The position numbers were made by a program, and so were the translations under genes. The notes under the pieces are model-generated. The model worked only from the letters and a program-made list of their open reading frames with translations. It had not been told where the DNA came from and made no database searches. This document shows positions 29,689 to 54,902 of a DNA stretch of 64,000 nucleotides, one piece after another. Within the stretch, counting starts at the first letter, position 1; each line of letters opens with the position of its first letter. This DNA comes from Neocallimastix sp. 'constans' (lineage: Eukaryota): contig JBODTK010000149.1 in the NCBI GenBank assembly GCA_050613775.1, positions 124,001 through 188,000 on the forward strand, given 5' to 3'.

Positions 29689-32600
29689 ATGAATAAATTA
29701 AAATTTAATGAATATACCATTTTATCATCATTTTGTTCATTATTCTTTTCTTCTGTTTTATCATCAAGATCATCAAAATCTTCAATATCATTAGGAGATG
29801 AATCATCATCACTTGAATTATATTTACTATCTTCATTTCTAGCATATTGTGGATAATACTTTGCACGAATAAATTCATCGATAACTTTGAATGGGGCAAT
29901 AGCATGAACTGTAACACTCATTTGTGAAATTTGTTTTATTATAGAAATATCATCTAAGGAAACTAATTTAATATGAATTTGCTTTACAAGTTGAAGAGCA
30001 GAATTTTGATTAATTAAATCATTTGAACCTAATGAACTGATATTATTATTACTAGAATGAATATTTTCAAATGGTTGAATCTTTTTCTTTGGAATACCTG
30101 TATATAATTGGAAGTTTTCAAAACGTGAAAGAATTTCTTGTAATTTTTTTACTAAATTTTGGAATGAATTTGGAACATATAAATATTGATTAGGTGTATC
30201 GTATGGCCATGGTCCATCTAAAAATACATGTATAAATGCTTTTATTCTCTGAATATATCTTGCATTGTTTTTTTCTGCTAATCTTATAATTTCAATATTT
30301 TTCTTTTTAGATTCCATTATATTTTCTTCACTCAAATAAACTACTAATGCATTTATAAGACCACTTTTAATCATTTCATATCCTGTAATATAATCTTCTT
30401 TTGAACTATCAGCAAAATATTGAGCTACTTGATATAACTGTAAAATATTTGCTAGATCTTCAACTTTATTTTCATCAAATGTAATTAATTCCTTTGATAA
30501 AACTCTTACTTTTTCAAACAACGATTCAATATTATTATGATAAAAGTGTAACTTTTCGGAAATGTTAGCAGATGTTATTAAAATCCATCTCATAACATCT
30601 GTCATTAAATAAGATTTTTTGTTTAAACTTTTAATTGAAGGAATAATTTTAGATGAACTTTTATTTGGAAAACCATTGATATTAGCAATATGGTCCATAA
30701 ATGATTTAACACCATTTAAAATTAAATTATCAGAATCATTTGAAGTATTACTTTTTTGATCATCTTTATATGGTTTACATTTTGAGTTTTCATATATGAT
30801 ATTAATAATAACAATTATAAAAAAAAAAAAAAAAGTATATATATATTTATGATAAAAATTTTAATAAATTATACATAATGTAATATTTAAAAAAAAATAA
30901 TAATAAATAAATAATAATAAAGTATATACATATTATATATAAAATTAAATAATTTATTTATAGAACTTATATATATATATTAAATATTATAAAAAATAAA
31001 AATAAAAATAAAAATAAAAAAAAAAAATAAAACAAAATTGTTTACCATTTTCTCCTTTTCCTTTTTTATCAAATTCATTTTGTTTTTCATTAATTTTTGA
31101 ATTTTCGTTTTCATTTACTTTTTCTTTTTCTTTTTCATCTTCAATGTCATTATTGTTTTCATGTTCACTCTTTTTACTAACATTATCACCGTCATTATTA
31201 TCTTCATTATTGTCATCATTATTAATTTCCATATTTATTTCATTATTATTAATGTCAATATCATCAATATCCATTTTAGATGGACTAGCAATTTCCATTG
31301 CATCATTATTATTATCACTATTACTTTTATTATTATTTTCAGGATCTTCATCTTCATTATTATTAAGTAGCACCTCGAAAGAATTTATAATCCCCTCTTT
31401 AGGAGAATTTGTTTCCATATATTGATCTGGTAATACTTTATTATTTTCACTGTTATCATTATCTAACAATGATTTATTTGATTTTAAACTCAATGCTTTA
31501 TATTTATTTGAAAATGAATGTTTTTTTTTCATGAATTTCGATTTTATTTCAGATAGTGTTTTCTTTTGTGTTGATGATTGATTAGTTTCATAGAATGATG
31601 ATTTCTGTTCCATTCTCTTATATAACTTTGTAATATTTTCTTTAGATTCTAAAATTCTATCAATAATTGACAGTAAACCATCACGAATAAACATTTTTTC
31701 AAAATATTCACTATTACGTTCAATAACAATAGTAGAAAGTTGTAAACCAATGCATAATAAAAATAATGAATCATAATCAATATTATCATTTATATTATTA
31801 ATAGAACCATTAAGAATAGCATCATTATTATTTAATGCACATAATTCACTAACAAATTTTCCAAATTCATCCTTATTTTCAATCACTTCTTGTAAATTAT
31901 TTGTATTATATTCTGTGTCCAATTTATTTACCCACCAAATGATTTTTGATACGCTTTCAACTGATAATTTTCTTATAGACATATTTGAAGAACATAAAAA
32001 TATTTCAATAAGTACTGGAAATATATTTTTACTATATTCTTTTAATACTTCTGGTTCATTTTTGAAGAACGATAACTTATTTTCTATTGAAAGATTTTGA
32101 TTATTCTGTTGTTCAGTATTGACTTCTCCACCTTCTTTGGCCGTCATTCTCCATATACCCTCTATTAAAAAATAATTTATTATTACAAAATAATTAATAA
32201 TAAATAAATAAATAATACATTATATTTAAACAAATAAATAATAAAAAAATAATAATACAATAAAATTATATTTTTATTATTTAAAATGCTTACCATCAGG
32301 AAGATCAGGTAAAATTTCACTTATAAGTTCTAATATAATTTTTGTTTCTTCAATTGGATTATTAAGTATTATAGGCGATATTTTTGAATTAAGATCTGTA
32401 GTATTATTAATATCAATATCTTTAAATGTTATAAAATTTTTATTCATTTAATAAATAAACATTTTTTTATTAATACTTATATATAGTATATTAAATATTA
32501 TATTAAATTTTATAATATTTTCTTTTTTATAAATATATATATATATATATTATAACTACCATTAATTAGGAAATAATTTTTAACAATTGAAATTAAATCA

Positions 32601-33928
32601 TTTGATTTAATAATGTTAAATGCTTTCTTTGGTGATCCTCTAAAAACACCAATTAATATTTTTATTAATTCAACAAATATAAATGAATCATGAATTTGAA
32701 TTTTTGATGATTTATTGGGAAGAAAATATTCTGTTATTGAGTTTATAAAGTCATCAGAAAATAGTTCCTTTTATAAATTTATTTTATATTGTTAATATAT
32801 ATTAATTATAAATATTTTAAAAAAAAATTAACAAATTTGTAAATTTATTATATCTATCTTACTTCAATTTTATTATTCAATTTCGATGTCCATAAAGATA
32901 TATTAGCTAATGATAACGTAACACCATCTACAATTTTTTTATCTGAATAAGATAATAGATTTTCTAATATTGGAACCACCTCCTTTAACATTGTATAATA
33001 TTCATCATCTATTTATTTATATGTAATTATTTTTTTATCAATTTATATGTATCTTATATATATTACATATATGTATGTATGTATGTAAACATAGTTATAA
33101 TTATTAATTAACTTACAATGTTTATTACTAGTTAATAATGCTTTACTTGCATTACCAATAATAGATATTGATACTCTTTGAACATGTAATGGATAAAAAT
33201 CAAAATATTGAATAATATTTAATAATTTGCAAGTTCTTAATATTGAATTTGGTTGGTCCATTGAAATTTTATTAAGGATCTTTTATAAATTTAAAAATAT
33301 AAAAATATAAATACATGGGTATATTAATTAAAATTTTTATAAATAATATTATATATATATATATATTTTGTACATACACTTAAAATATGTTCAGCAAGGT
33401 CAATATATTCTATTTCAACTAATTTATTAATTAAAATTTTTACTCCTCTATATTTTATAATTAAATATTGACATGGTGGAAAGGCTTCAATGAAATTATT
33501 TATACATCTATACACTAAAAGCATTATATCGATTACAACTATTCAAAAGTAAAATATATATTTAATTTTTGAAATTATTTATAAGTTTACATTAATTAAA
33601 ATCAAATCATAATAAAGAATAATAATATCATACATTCATTTCCCATTCCAAAATCATCAGAAAATCCCATTGCTTTTATTTATATATTATAGAAATATAT
33701 ATATTAGTGATTACAAAATTATAAAATAAATAATACATTTCAAATAATTAATTATATATTTACCACTAACAACTGGAGAATCTAAAATATTAATAAGAGC
33801 AGCAATATATTCTTCAGGTGTACCTCCTAATAATCTTAGACTTCTATGACCGATAAACATATCCTCTATTGTTATTTTTTTTTTTTTTTTTTTTTTTTTT
33901 TTGTTTAAATCAATAAAATTTGACAATT

Positions 33929-33959
<31 letters not shown>

Positions 33960-34546
33960 TATCGTATAATATATAATAAATATTTATTATTAAATAATTC
34001 AAATTTGATAAATAACATATAAACGTATATATATAATATTTATAATTTACCTGTTGCAACACATAATATTCCTGATAAATCTTGTAATGCTGTCATTAAA
34101 AAAACTAAATTATCATATTTTGTTAAATTATTAAGTAATTCTCTACGACGCTGTATAATACTTTCCCTAGTCTTTCTTGAAAAATCTGAAAGATCAATAC
34201 CTATATCATCAAAATCCTCCTTTTCTCCATCCATATCTTCAGCAATACAATCATTTTCTTCTTCATCTTCTTCATCTTCATCGTCGTCTTCATCATCGTC
34301 CTCATCATCTTCATCATCTTCATCACCATCATCATCATCATCTATTTTATCTTCTCTATTATCTTCTTCTATTATATCTTCATCATTGGTTCCTAAGTTA
34401 TCTTTATCATCATCATTATTATTACTAGATTCATTTGATTTTTCTCCTAATGCATTATTGTTATTATTATTGTTTGAGCTATCTTTTTCATTCTCAATTA
34501 CATCAACAGGATCTAAACACATATCATTATGAATTGATGAATCCAT
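26227..34546 (-). CDS. UFD4: HECT E3 ubiquitin ligase UFD4/TRIP12 (~14 exons)
   Basis: ARM-type N-terminus (IEYIDLAEH, YFDFYPLHVQR), KLGRQLDEPLIVASNVLPSW, GRLQRQKVRVNR, LEIEFYNEVGTGLGPTLEFY, LDFTLPGYP, and the catalytic LPSVMTCANYLKIP...FHLS* C-terminus. Confidence 0.93.
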
Positions 34547-34996
34547 TTTTTTTTACAATTTTTAAAATTTCAATTTTTGTTTCAAAATTTAACCAGTCTT
34601 TTAAAAAATATTTTAATTCTAATTTTATAGAGATAATATAATTTTTAAATAATAATGGAAAATACATATTTATTAGAATAATAGTATATATTATACATTA
34701 AATATAGATATAATAATAAATATTATACTTTACTAATTAATTAAATTTAATTTTTAACAAAGAGATAATTGCATTAGTAATGATAATATAATTTTATATA
34801 AAAAGGAAAATCTATATAACCATTAATTTTATATAAATATTAGTAAATATAAATTTTTATATGTATATTATATATATATAAAAACTTTAAATTATATAAC
34901 TTTTTAAATAAATTATTTTTAAAAATGCATAATTATATTTTTAAAAATACATATTTATATAACTTATTAAATATAAAAACCATAAAGCTATGAAAA

Positions 34997-35240
<244 letters not shown>

Positions 35241-37500
35241 TTTATCAATAATAATTGATAAAACTTTATTTAAGAAATTTATCACGCATTTTTTTTAAAA
35301 ATAAAGAAAGAAAAAAGATTAATCAAAAAGACAAAAATTTAAGAAATTTGATAAATTAATTTCTTTTTAATAAAAATTCAATTTAATATAATCAAATTTA
35401 TTAAATAAATATTATTGAATAAAGCATTAAAAAAATAATTGTAATACTACTATTTACTAATTTCAATAATAAAATAATTTTAAATTATATTTCGTAAATT
35501 TACAATTTTTATTAATTTCTTAATACATCCATTCTATTATTATAATTATAATTATTGATGTTTTATTTACTTTAATACTAATATTATGTCAAAATTTATT
35601 ATTTTAATAATTTTATTACTATAAATTAAACTATGAATTTAATCAATAGTAAGAAATGTAATATAATCAATTTAAATTCATAAAAATTTGTTATTCCTAA
35701 AGATTAACTTTTTTTGCCATTTAATGATTTTCTTTATATATATATGTATAAATATTTACCATATGAGATTTATATGAGATTTATATATATTATTAATGAT
35801 AATAAACAGCCTTTTATCTTTAAAGCGCTGAATTATCAATTTATCAATTATATTTTTATTAATGAATATATAACTATAATGTAACTAATATAAAAACGGA
35901 TAAACTTATAAAGATATAATATTTTCTTACTATATTTTATTTTTTTTTAAAAAAAATATATATATACATATAAAAAACATTCACTATACTTTAAAAAAAA
36001 AATAAATTAAACTTTTTAAGTTAAAAAAATCTAAAATAAATTTAATTATTAAATAATAAAGAAATAAAATTTTAATATTAATAATTTATATATTTAGCAT
36101 GATTAAAACGATAATACTAATATTATTATTTTTATTATTTTCATTACTTTTATTATTTATTATTATTATTTATGTTAAATCCATTATTTTTTTTATATTA
36201 ATATAATTAATTAATTATCAAAATTTAAAAATAATTTATTTTTTTTAATATATATACATATATGTAATATATTTTATTATATTATTCAAATTTTCAATTT
36301 ATATTAACATATTTTAACAAATAATTAATTGCAAAATTTTATTTAATTCATTAACCATATTTAGATATATATATAAACAAAAGAAGGTTATTATTATTAA
36401 TAATTTTTTAATATTATATATTATATTATTATATATTATTTTTTTTTATTATTTATTTTATTATTTAATTATTTATATTAATAATTTTTTAATATTATAT
36501 ATTATATTATTATATATTATTTTTTTTTATTATTTATTATTTATTATTTATTATTTATTTATTATTTATTATTTATTATTTATTATTTATTATTTATTAT
36601 TTATTATTTATTATTTATTATTTATTACTTATTATTTATTATTTATTATCATATATTTGTTTTTTTGTTCTTCGATTCATTTTATATTTATTCATTTATG
36701 AAGTATATATTCATTCGAAGTTTTAAAAATATATAAAAAGCTTTCAATGCTTTAGTAATAAGCTCAAATTATTAATTATGGTTTAATACATTAATTATTT
36801 TTTATAATTTTAATTATTTAAATATGTATGAAAAATTACTTATTGTAATTTTTCAAAAATAAATTCACATTAAATATTTATAAAAATTAATTTCTTTTTT
36901 TTGGATAAATATTTAATTAAAAAAAAAATTCAAAAATTTTAATTTACAGAAATCCTATTTAATATGTTAAATTCATATAAAATGAATGAATATATGTAAA
37001 TGTATATATAGTATAAAATAACTTTATTTGTAGTTAACACAAATAAATGTTGTTAATAATTATGGATAATGAATAGGCTATAAGAATTATTAACAATTAT
37101 ACATATCATTCATAAATATTTAACATTAATAAGATTTTTACTTTTTAAAAATCAAAAATGAATTAAGTCATTTAATATTTTTATTTCCCAATGAATATAT
37201 CAATAATAAAAAACCTTTTATTTTTTGAAAAAAATACTAATATTACTATCATAATAATAGTAATAGTAATGATAATGAATAATAATAATTAATTAATTAA
37301 TTATATAATTAATAATTGTTTTAATATTACATTTTTATTACTATTATTGTATTATTAATATCATAATTATATATAAATTTTCATTCTAAATTTATACTAT
37401 ATTTAATATATATATAAATTCTAACCTTAAAAAAAAATCAAACTTAACAAATAAATATATTTTGTGAAACATTGTTTCTTAATTTTCATTTTAAAAAGTT

Positions 37501-37534
<34 letters not shown>

Positions 37535-38104
37535 TACATCTTATAATTTATATATAAATATTTTTTGAATTTTATGTTTTAATTGATATTTTAGCAATGC
37601 ATTTAAAAAGTTTAAATGAAATTTAGATTTAAAATATATACTAATAATCATTTATTATATTTAGAACTTTATTGTTATATCTCTTTTTTTCTTCATTATT
37701 ATATTATTACTAAACTTAGTATTTTTAATACTATTTTTTAAAAAAAATAAAATAAAATAAAAAAATAACTATTCAATGGGTTTCACAAAAAAAATTTTTT
37801 TTGAAACTCAGACCTTCTGTTTAGATTCTCAAGAATTTTTTTTTTCTATCTTGATTTATTAATTCAATATTAGGTATATTTTAAAATAAATTTATATAAA
37901 ACTAATAGTTTTATAAAGTATCTAAAATCAATGTTATATTTACTGCTCTTTTTATATATATCTAAAATAACTTTTTTGTTTTTTGTTTAAATGAATATTT
38001 AAAATTTAAAATTTGTATTCATTATTATTACATTTTTAAATAAAATTATTTTTTTTTCAATAAACTTTTTTTATTTTAATTTAATTTTAATAAATAGTTT
38101 TATT

Positions 38105-38159
<55 letters not shown>

Positions 38160-38378
38160 ATTAAAGTTTGTTGTTGTTATTGTTTAATTTTTTTTTTTTT
38201 TTTTTATTATTATTAGTAGTAGTAGTAGTAGTATTTTATTTTATTTTATTCTTTATTTTTTAAATTATTTCTTATTTTTTAAAAATGTTAGTAATTGTTT
38301 ATATATTATAAGAAAAAAAATTTTAAAATTATATATAAATATTACTACATATATATATTAGAAAAATTGAAAATATAA

Positions 38379-47678
<9,300 letters not shown>

Positions 47679-50533
47679 TATATTAAATAAAAATTTTCTT
47701 TGTTTTTTTTTTTTTATTTATTTAAAAATTTATTGTTTTGATATTATTTAGAAAATTTGATGAAGAATAAAAAAGAAAATTAAAAGTTTTATTATTAATA
47801 CAAAAGTTTATATTTTATTAAAACGTTTTATTTTTATTAAATTTTAAAATTTCAAATATTCATTATTATATTAAATTAAAATATATTTAAATAATAACTG
47901 GTTAGCAAAAAATATATATATAAATATATAATATAAAAAATTAAACAAAAAAAAAAATATAAATACATTAAGAAATTAATAAAAATATAAGAAATAAAAA
48001 AATAAAATATATATAAAAAAATACATTTTCTTTCTTTAGAAGTTTAATAAGTATATTTAAATTTATTATTCCAAAATCTTATTATATAAAAAGTAATAAA
48101 AAAGAACCGGTTAATATATATATTATTATTGATTTCATAACCCTTTCTTTTTTTTTTTTTAATAAATCTTTATATAAATAAATTATTTTTTAAAGTTTTT
48201 TATTTATTAAATTTTATATTTATTCATTTTTATCTTATTATTCTTTTTTTTTTTTTTATTTTTATAATATTAATTATGATACAAAATAAAAAATATGTAT
48301 ATTATCAATTATTATCAATAATTCTAATATAATCATTTCCAATATTTGATATAATTCATTTTTTTTATATATACATAATTAAATATTAAAAAATAAAACC
48401 TAAAATATATATTACAATAAATATTTCTACTTTTAAATTTCTATAATAGACTTTTATTACAAAAATTCATATTCATGTTATACATTATATTTTTTTATTA
48501 TTATACTAAATTCATATGAAATGATGCACTTTTAATTTGTATTTATACAAATATATTTTCTATAATAAAATTTTATTAGAATTAATAAAATGTTATTATT
48601 ATTTAAATTTCTAATATTAATCTTTTTACATATTTATATTATTTTAACTATTATATAATAATGCTTTATTGCTATTATTTAATAATCAGTATTTCATACT
48701 CTAATATTTTTTAATTCAAAATTTTTATCACCTATAACCATACAATTATTTAAGATATTTAATATTTTAAAGTAATACATTAAATGAAATAATAAGAAAA
48801 AGAGTAAATTTATTTAAATAATAAATAATAATAATATAAAAATTAGCCAAAAAATATATATATATTCATATATATAACCAAAAATAATAACCTGTAATTA
48901 CTTTAAAAAAGAAATATTAATAATAATTAATAAGAAAATTATACATACACATATATTATTTTAAATATTAAATATAATTATAATTCAAAGATATTATAAT
49001 ATTATTATTATTAAATTAATTAAATTTATTCAAAAACAGCTTCATAATAATTATTATTATTCCATTTTATATAAGAATAACATTTTCTATCCATGTAGTC
49101 AATATAATATTATTACATATTATTACATTTACAATAATATTATTGGGGTTTTAACTAATAATTTTTTTTAGTTCAAATTAAATAATTGGTTTTATAATAA
49201 AAAAAATAATAAATAAATAAATAAATAAATAAAAAGGATGTATTATAACTAATGTAATTAGTATACCCATTTTATAATTTATGGGATACAGCTAGGAGTA
49301 TATTCTAATAATAAAATAAAAATATAAAAATTCTAAAAAAAAACTAATTATATTTAAATATTTTATTAAATACAATTGTATTAAATATTCTCATCCATAT
49401 TTTTGAACTATATAATAGCTTTTTAAAAAATTTAAACTTTTTTTACTTTGTATAATATAAACCTTTTATAATATATTTTTTCTTTTTTTTTATTTTTTTA
49501 AAAAAAAAATTATTTTTATATATATTTTTCTTTTATTTCTTTTTTTATTTTTTTTATATTCATTCATTTTATTACGTTCTAAATTAAGGTCATATTATAT
49601 TTAACTTATAAAAATCATTTTACCTTATAAATAAATAAAATTAATAATTATAATTAAATAAAAATAAAAATAAAATATATATATATTCAAATTTTATAAT
49701 GAAAAATATTTATATTTTTATTATAAATTCTTGAAAATAATATAATACAAAATAACTTTATTATATATGTATTAAAAAAATTATTTTTAGTTTGTTTTTA
49801 TAATATATTTATAATTATAAATTAAAATAAAAATAAAAATAAAACATTATATAAATTCAAATAAATAATATTTGAAAAGGTAAAAACAAAAGCAAAAAAT
49901 AAAAATTTTAGATATTGAAAAAAAATTTTTTTTTTTTTTTTATTTTTCATTTTTTTTTTTTTTATTAATCATTATAATATTGAAAATTTTATTATTGCTA
50001 CCTTTTTTTTTTGACGTTAAAAATATATAAAGAGGAAAAAAGAAAGTAGCAAAGGGGAATCAGTAATCAAATAATAAAATTGTAAATACTAAAATTTTAT
50101 ACAGTAGAATTATATATAAGCAACATCAATTATTTATATTAATTAATTTTTATGATAATAAATAAAAAATTTGAATTTAAATATTATAAAATAAAAAATA
50201 AGAATAAAAAAAGAAGTGCACAAAATAGCATGAAATATTTTATTAAAACTTTAAAATAAAAATATTTTGAAAAATATTTCATTAAAACATAATAATAATA
50301 TTAAATATATACGAAAAAAAAAAAAAAAAAAAAAAATAAAGACATAAAAAATATTATAATATAATAAAAAATGATAAAATAATGTTTCTTAAATATAGAA
50401 ATATAAATATGAAAAAGAATAAAATTATATATATAATAATAAAAAAAAATAAAGGAAATTAAATGTAAATTAAAAAAAAAATAATAATAATAATAATAAA
50501 TAAATAAATAAATAAAAGAAAAAATAGTAAAAA

Positions 50534-50567
<34 letters not shown>

Positions 50568-51199
50568 AAGATATATATAACAATAATAATAATAATAAAA
50601 ATAATAATAATATTCAATATATAATAAAATATATTATTATAGATATAATTGATAATTATCTATTAGCCATATTATTAAAACTCGTAAAATAGATATTAAA
50701 ATACAAAAACTTGAAAAAAATAATTTATTGAAAGAAGTTTTATACAAAATAAATAAAAAAAAAGGAATTCATTAAATAATATTCCGTAATGATAAAAAAA
50801 ATAGTAGAAATATAAAAAATATATATTTATATTTTAGTGCTTTTATTATAATAAAATATTTTAAATTAAAATAATTAATAAACTTTATATATATATTTTA
50901 CGAAAATATAATATATCTATCGGTGACCAATTCAAATTAAAATATTTTAATAATTAAAAAAAATAGAGTAAGTAAATTTATATAATATATATATATAAAT
51001 ATAAAAATATTTAATTCAAAAAAAAATTAAATATTATAAATTTTATTAGAAAATATTGTAATATAGAAAAGTATTTAGTAAGAATTTGTACCAGTATACC
51101 TTTTTATTCTATTTGAAGTTATAAAGTTAAAATACTCCAATAATAAAATATATATATAATTTAAGACCTTAGAAACTATCATAACAGAACAATTTTAAA

Positions 51200-51415
51200 A
51201 TGTCTGATCTTAAATATCAAAAACTACTTCAATTAAACGAACGTCTTCGTCAAGAAGAAGAACTACCAAGAATTCCTGTGTCAGAAGCAAGTAAAAATTT
51301 AGTTAAATATATTGGTGAAATTCCAGACCCCTTGTCTCATCCATTGAAAGCAGAATGTCAACCTAATCCATTTACTTCACAACCTCCTGGTAGTAGCTGT
51401 TGTGTAATATTATAG
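51200..51415 (+). CDS. Heterotrimeric G-protein gamma subunit (Ste18/Gng1-like)
   Basis: 71 aa: LLQLNERLRQE...PRIPVSEAS..L..Y....PDPL...NPF, ending in a CCVIL (CC-aaX prenylation/palmitoylation) motif. Confidence 0.9.
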   Translation: MSDLKYQKLLQLNERLRQEEELPRIPVSEASKNLVKYIGEIPDPLSHPLKAECQPNPFTSQPPGSSCCVIL

Positions 51416-51971
51416 GCAAACTAATATCAAACCTTGAAAAGAAAAACGGAAAAAAAAAAAAAAAAAAAATACAAATAAAAAAAATAAAAAAAATAAAAAA
51501 GAAAAAAAAAAATAAAAAAACTCGCAATAATATAAATTATATACGAAATTTTATAACTTTTATTACAATAAATTCATGATAAATAATATTAAATTATAAA
51601 AAACTATATATATATAAAAATTAGGAAAATTATAATAGTAAATTATATAATGATGAACTATAATATAAATATAATTTTTATTATTTTTTTCACGATTTTA
51701 ATATTATTAATAATCAATTATTAATATTATTTAAATATCTTTTTTTTTTTTTTTTGTTAGATTTTAAAATGATAGTATAGAATTTAAAAGAAATTTTGTC
51801 TTTTTTTTATTATTCCTAAAAAAAAAAAAAAAAAAAAAAAACATTAAGAATAAAAAATTAAAATATTTATTTTAATAATATTACTGTTTCTTTTATCTTA
51901 AACATTGTTATTTATATACATTTTATTAATATTAATAAGATTTTTTAAATTCTAAATTTCCTTGCATTATC

Positions 51972-52017
<46 letters not shown>

Positions 52018-52599
52018 TTTGATAGAGAAAAATTTATTTAATAAATGTAATAAAATAACGTATTAAATCTTTAAAATAAATAAAAATATTTTTTATTATT
52101 AATTGAATCTTTCATTATATTAATGTCAAAATATATCATTGTAAATATTAAAATTATAAAAATTATATATGAGTTTTTTTTTTTTTGTTTATTTTATTTT
52201 TTTCCATTCTTGAATAAAGAACTTTTTTTTTTTTTAATTATAATTTAATATATAAAAAAAAAAAAAAGTAATGATAATATGAAAATTATACTTTATTAAT
52301 TTTAGATTTGTATTTTCAAATTTCATTAATAATACTATTTCACTTTAAATAATCAATTTATATACAATTTAATTTGTTAATTTTTTATTACTATACTTAT
52401 TACTACTTCATAATTTTAATTATTTTACTTGGTCTACTTTTACTAAAATATTATAGGCTACCATAGTTTAATATTAAAAATTTGTTATTTATAATAATAC
52501 CTAATGATATAATATATAATATTAATTACTCTTTAGAATATGAACTCTTATACAAATATAAATACATATTACACATAATTCAATATGAATATTTAAAAA

Positions 52600-52955
52600 T
52601 AATTAGCGTCCAAATATATATGTGATATGGTATCGATTAACTTCTTTCTTTTGGAAAAGATGCAGACATTATGGATTTAAACTATAAAAAGAAATAGGAA
52701 TTTTTATTTAATAACAATTCATTTTTGGTGATTATTCTAAAACTATTCTTGATGCGATCTGCCGCTCTCCTTTCAGAAATTATGCCTAGAGCTAGTATTC
52801 AACAAATGTTGCTATTCCGATGGTATAAGCGTAAACTTACAAAGAACGTTAACACTGAAAATACAGTAAGATAGGCTAACAGGGTCTATGCCTCTGAAAA
52901 AGAAGATCATAATTTCTTTCAGATAGTCAATTCAAACCCTAATCTAGAATAAGAA
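52600..52955 (+). mobile_element. Probable non-LTR retroelement 3' end (island 3)
   Basis: GC-richer island with the residual frame LFLMRSAALLSEIMPRASIQQMLLFRWYKRKLTKNVNTENTVR*. It ends in aaaccctaatcta and shares a motif with islands 1 and 2. Confidence 0.5.
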
Positions 52956-53859
52956 TACCTTTAAAATACCTTTAAATTGAAATCATTTATAATATGAGTA
53001 TGAACTTTTTTCTGAATTTATTTATACACTGTATTTTGAATATTAGTTTGATTTCACATTACTATTCAAAATTATTATTACGTCATAGTTGGACAAATAA
53101 TATTTATTTTTTTATTAATATTTTTTTTTTTGTAAAAAAATATATATATACATATTAAATATATTCATATAATTAATAAGTGAATAAATAAATAAAATTA
53201 AAGTTCGCAATAATTGCGGTAATAAAAAAAAAAGGATATAAAGATTTTGTAATTTCAATAAAAACTTAAAAGATATATATATTTAAGATTTAATATTAGG
53301 CATTTAATTTTAATCGATATTTATATTTTTAAAACAAAAAATAATATTTTTTTTTTAGAATTTTGATCACCACGATCTTATATAATATATTGCACAGCTT
53401 TAATATCTATTAATTGGCTTTACCAGTTATACGTCGATCATTTAAGAAAATTTAGCTTGGATCAAGTCAAGAGACTTCCATGCTTTTCATCAATGACGAA
53501 TTGAAATAAAAAATATAAGAAAGTAATTTGATATACTATTAATTAATATTTATTAATATTTTTTATTATTTCAATATTAATAATTATATATCATTACTTT
53601 TAATTATTTTATTTTAATAAAACTTGTATAATTATAGAAAGTTTTTATAAATCATAGGTTAGGTTATTATATTAATTTTGAAAGGGTTAAGTATTACATA
53701 TTAAATTGGGGGAGAGTTGCATTTCCCAAAGTTGCATTTCGACAAATGGCTTATTGATATAAGTAAATGAATGAATAAATAAATAAAAATTCAAAATAAT
53801 TTTTTTAAACTTGTTTTTATTATATTTTATAATTAATTATAGATATTTTTTAAAATAAA

Positions 53860-54853
53860 ATAATTATTTATAATATTTAATTATAAAAATAGATTTAATT
53901 ATAAAGATATATTTTAATATTTTGTAAAAAAATAATATTATAGCAATACTTTAATTATAAAAATATATTTTTAAAATAATAATATTTTATCATAAAAATA
54001 TATTTTAATGTTCTTAAGCTAACCTAATCTAATAAAGATTAAAAATACTTTAATAATTATTGTATTTATTCATTTATTCTCTTTTTAAAATAATTTTTAC
54101 TATTAAAAAAATTATTATTATATATTTTAATATTTCGTAAAATAGTAATAAAATAATAATTTATAATATTTAATTATAAAGATATATTTTAATATTTTGT
54201 AAAATAGTAATAAAATAATTATTTAAAATATTTAATTATAAAAATAAATTTAATTATAAAGATATATTTTAATATTTTGTAAAAAAATAATATTATAGCA
54301 ATACTTTAATTATAAAAATATATTTTTAAAATAATAATATTTTATCATAAAAATATACTTTAATGTTTTTAAGCTAACCTAATCTAATAAAGATTAAAAA
54401 TACTTTAATAATTATTGTATTTATTCATTTATTCTCCTTTTTAAAACAATTTCTACTATTAAAAAAATTATTATTATATATTTTAATATTTCGTAAAATA
54501 GTAATAAAATAAAAATTTATAATATTTAATTATAAAAATATATTTAATTATAAAGATATATTTTAATATTTTGTAAAATAGTAATAAAATAATTATTTAA
54601 AATATTTAATTATAAAAATAAATTTAATTATAAAGATATATTTTAATATTTTGTAAAAAAATAATATTATAGCAATACTTTAATTATAAAAATATATTTT
54701 TAAAATAATAATATTTTATCATAAAAATATATTTTAATGTTTTTAAGCTAACCTAATCTAATAAAGATTAAAAATACTTTAATAATTATTGTATTTATTC
54801 ATTTATTCTCTTTTTAAAATAATTTTTACTATTAAAAAATTATTATTATATAT
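53860..54853. repeat. Three tandem copies of a ~355-375 bp unit inside the MULE
   Basis: The marker aagctaacctaatctaataaagattaaaaatac recurs at ~54016, ~54371 and ~54745 with near-identical flanks. Confidence 0.9.
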
Positions 54854-54902
54854 GACAGAATTCATTTGGTCAATTTTCTGTCATTTCTTAATAATTTATT
54901 AT

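Noticed and set aside
37776..37810. Hairpin upstream of CFAP43; also searched for an RFX X-box
   Set aside because: The stem is mostly A/T runs, and no convincing X-box (GTTNCCATGGNAAC-like) was seen.
49261..49296. Hairpin followed by CTAG resembling a Helitron 3' end
   Set aside because: The hairpin-CTAG spacing is too short, the next base is not T, and no 5' end or Rep/helicase was found.
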